A stretch of DNA of 26,847 nucleotides from a virus. Taxonomy: Duplodnaviria; Caudoviricetes. Position 1 is the first letter of the stretch. Each line of letters opens with the position of its first letter. The stretch is taken from positions 1-26,847 of IMG/VR virus record IMGVR_UViG_3300045135_001779. One strand, 5' to 3'. The notes under the pieces are model-generated. The model made no database searches and was not told the origin of the DNA. It was given only the letters and a program-made list of their open reading frames with translations. Of this stretch, positions 25,819 through 26,847 are shown one piece after another. The position numbers and the translations under genes were made by a program.

Positions 25819-26744
25819 ACTTGTTCCTCCTTTTTGTTTGTTCCTTGCCTATACAGGGTTGCTATGAAGTAGTCCACGAAGGACCGACTCGATAGGGGCC
25901 ATGTGTGCATTCGTGAAACGAAATCCCCCCACACAGACAAGAAGGTATATAGTTGTTCTGCCTCAAAACCGACAGAAATGGCATAATCATGGAGTTTCAC
26001 CATGACGCCGTGTATAGTTGCGTTATTACTTGAAATCATTTCAAGCATAACTTTGTGAAGTTCTTCCCATTCACCCGCCGCAATCAACATTGCGGCCTTA
26101 TCAAAGTCTGTTGAATTCGATGGGAATGGTTTTCCACTTATCAAGAAATTTTGCATCGCTCGTAAGTCGTCACCGTAATGCAACTTAAGCAGTTTCGCGT
26201 CTGCTTGAAGCATGCGTGGTGCGTCAATGATATTGTCGTCAAAGAGAAGTTGCACATAGGCGTCTATATCTTTTTCACTATAGTCACCGAACGTGAATTT
26301 CGTGCAACGTGATTGAAGCGCGGGGATAATTGCTGATATGTCATTGCATGTGAGAATGAAATTGACTTCGGATTTTTCCATGATTCGCCGTAGCGCTTCT
26401 TGTGCTTGTTTTGTTAGGCCATCGGCCTCATCCAATAGAATCCATATCTGTCGCCAAAGAGGGTTACTTTGTGCTAACTCCTTGACCTTCGTTCTAATAT
26501 GTTCGATTCCGCGCTCATCAGAAGCATTGAATTCGACAATCTCATGGTCGCATTCGTTTGCGATAACATAGGCGGCAGTCGTCTTACCCGTTCCGGGTGG
26601 ACCTGCGAACAACATATGTCCTATGTCACGCTTGTTTGCCGTTTGCTTCCAATCGTCTACCCAATAAAAGGGTAGTTTCATACTATCTTTTCCAATACAC
26701 CATTTTGCTTTTGTTGGTTTGTACATTCCGTTTTCACCACTCAT
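25815..26744 (-). CDS. rfcS: Replication factor C small-subunit-like clamp loader
   Basis: HMLFAGPPGTGKTT, EFNASDERGI, LLDEAD.LT..AQ.ALRRIME, FILTCN, LQSRC, DLR. Confidence 0.95.
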   Translation of the reverse strand: MSGENGMYKPTKAKWCIGKDSMKLPFYWVDDWKQTANKRDIGHMLFAGPPGTGKTTAAYVIANECDHEIVEFNASDERGIEHIRTKVKELAQSNPLWRQIWILLDEADGLTKQAQEALRRIMEKSEVNFILTCNDISAIIPALQSRCTKFTFGDYSEKDIDAYVQLLFDDNIIDAPRMLQADAKLLKLHYGDDLRAMQNFLISGKPFPSNSTDFDKAAMLIAAGEWEELHKVMLEMISSNNATIHGVMVKLHDYAISVGFEAEQLYTFLSVWGDFVSRMHTWPLSSRSFVDYFIATLYRQGTNKKEEQV

Positions 26745-26765
26745 TAGGAAGAATCCAACGCGGAA

Positions 26766-26773
26766 GTATATAA
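26766..26773 (-). promoter_or_regulatory. Archaeal TATA box driving a probably leaderless RFC transcript
   Basis: TTATATAC on the minus strand centred about 26 nt upstream of the ATG at 26744; no SD before that ATG. Confidence 0.55.
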
Positions 26774-26847
26774 GGGGCTATGTGTTAGAATGTTTGTAGG
26801 GGGAGGCAATCAACACGTCCGTGTAAACATTTTGCTCTTTTTCCATG

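Noticed and set aside
1-26847. Cellular archaeal chromosome origin; tRNA/rRNA genes
   Set aside because: Tail genes, extreme gene packing and divergent replication proteins indicate a virus. No non-coding gap shows a tRNA or rRNA signature.

Overview
Fragment of a dsDNA tailed-virus genome with an archaeal host. The gene set (archaeal-type PolB, PCNA-like clamp, RFC, AEP primase with an Fe-S C-terminal domain, XPF/ERCC4, Cas4-like nuclease, MCM-like ATPase, group II chaperonin), GGTGA/GGAGG ribosome-binding sites and TATA-type promoters best fit a magrovirus, i.e. a virus of Marine Group II Euryarchaeota/Poseidoniales (inferred from gene content, not from a search). Two tightly packed arms converge with no spacer at 12130/12131. 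The + arm (1-12130) encodes virion/tail proteins, including a fibre with 4 x 135-bp repeats, then a cluster of very basic and Cys-rich proteins. The - arm (26744 to 12131) is a replication/recombination/chaperonin operon. The most interesting feature is 7970-12130. Five otherwise unrelated proteins share a short [A/W]-[F/W/T]-x-x-[L/I]-(E)-K signal (exact TG[A/E]PMDLAF copy in two of them), usually just before a basic module. This looks like a capsid-targeting/protease-cleavage tag on a set of packaged cargo proteins, one of them a 598-aa polyprotein. Also seen: five sub-60-aa genes missed by the ORF track, a PolB with altered motifs (YGFTDS, KxxxASxYG), and apparent strong avoidance of GATC, AGCT, CTAG and CCAG/CTGG. 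No tRNA, rRNA, CRISPR array or mobile element was recognised.
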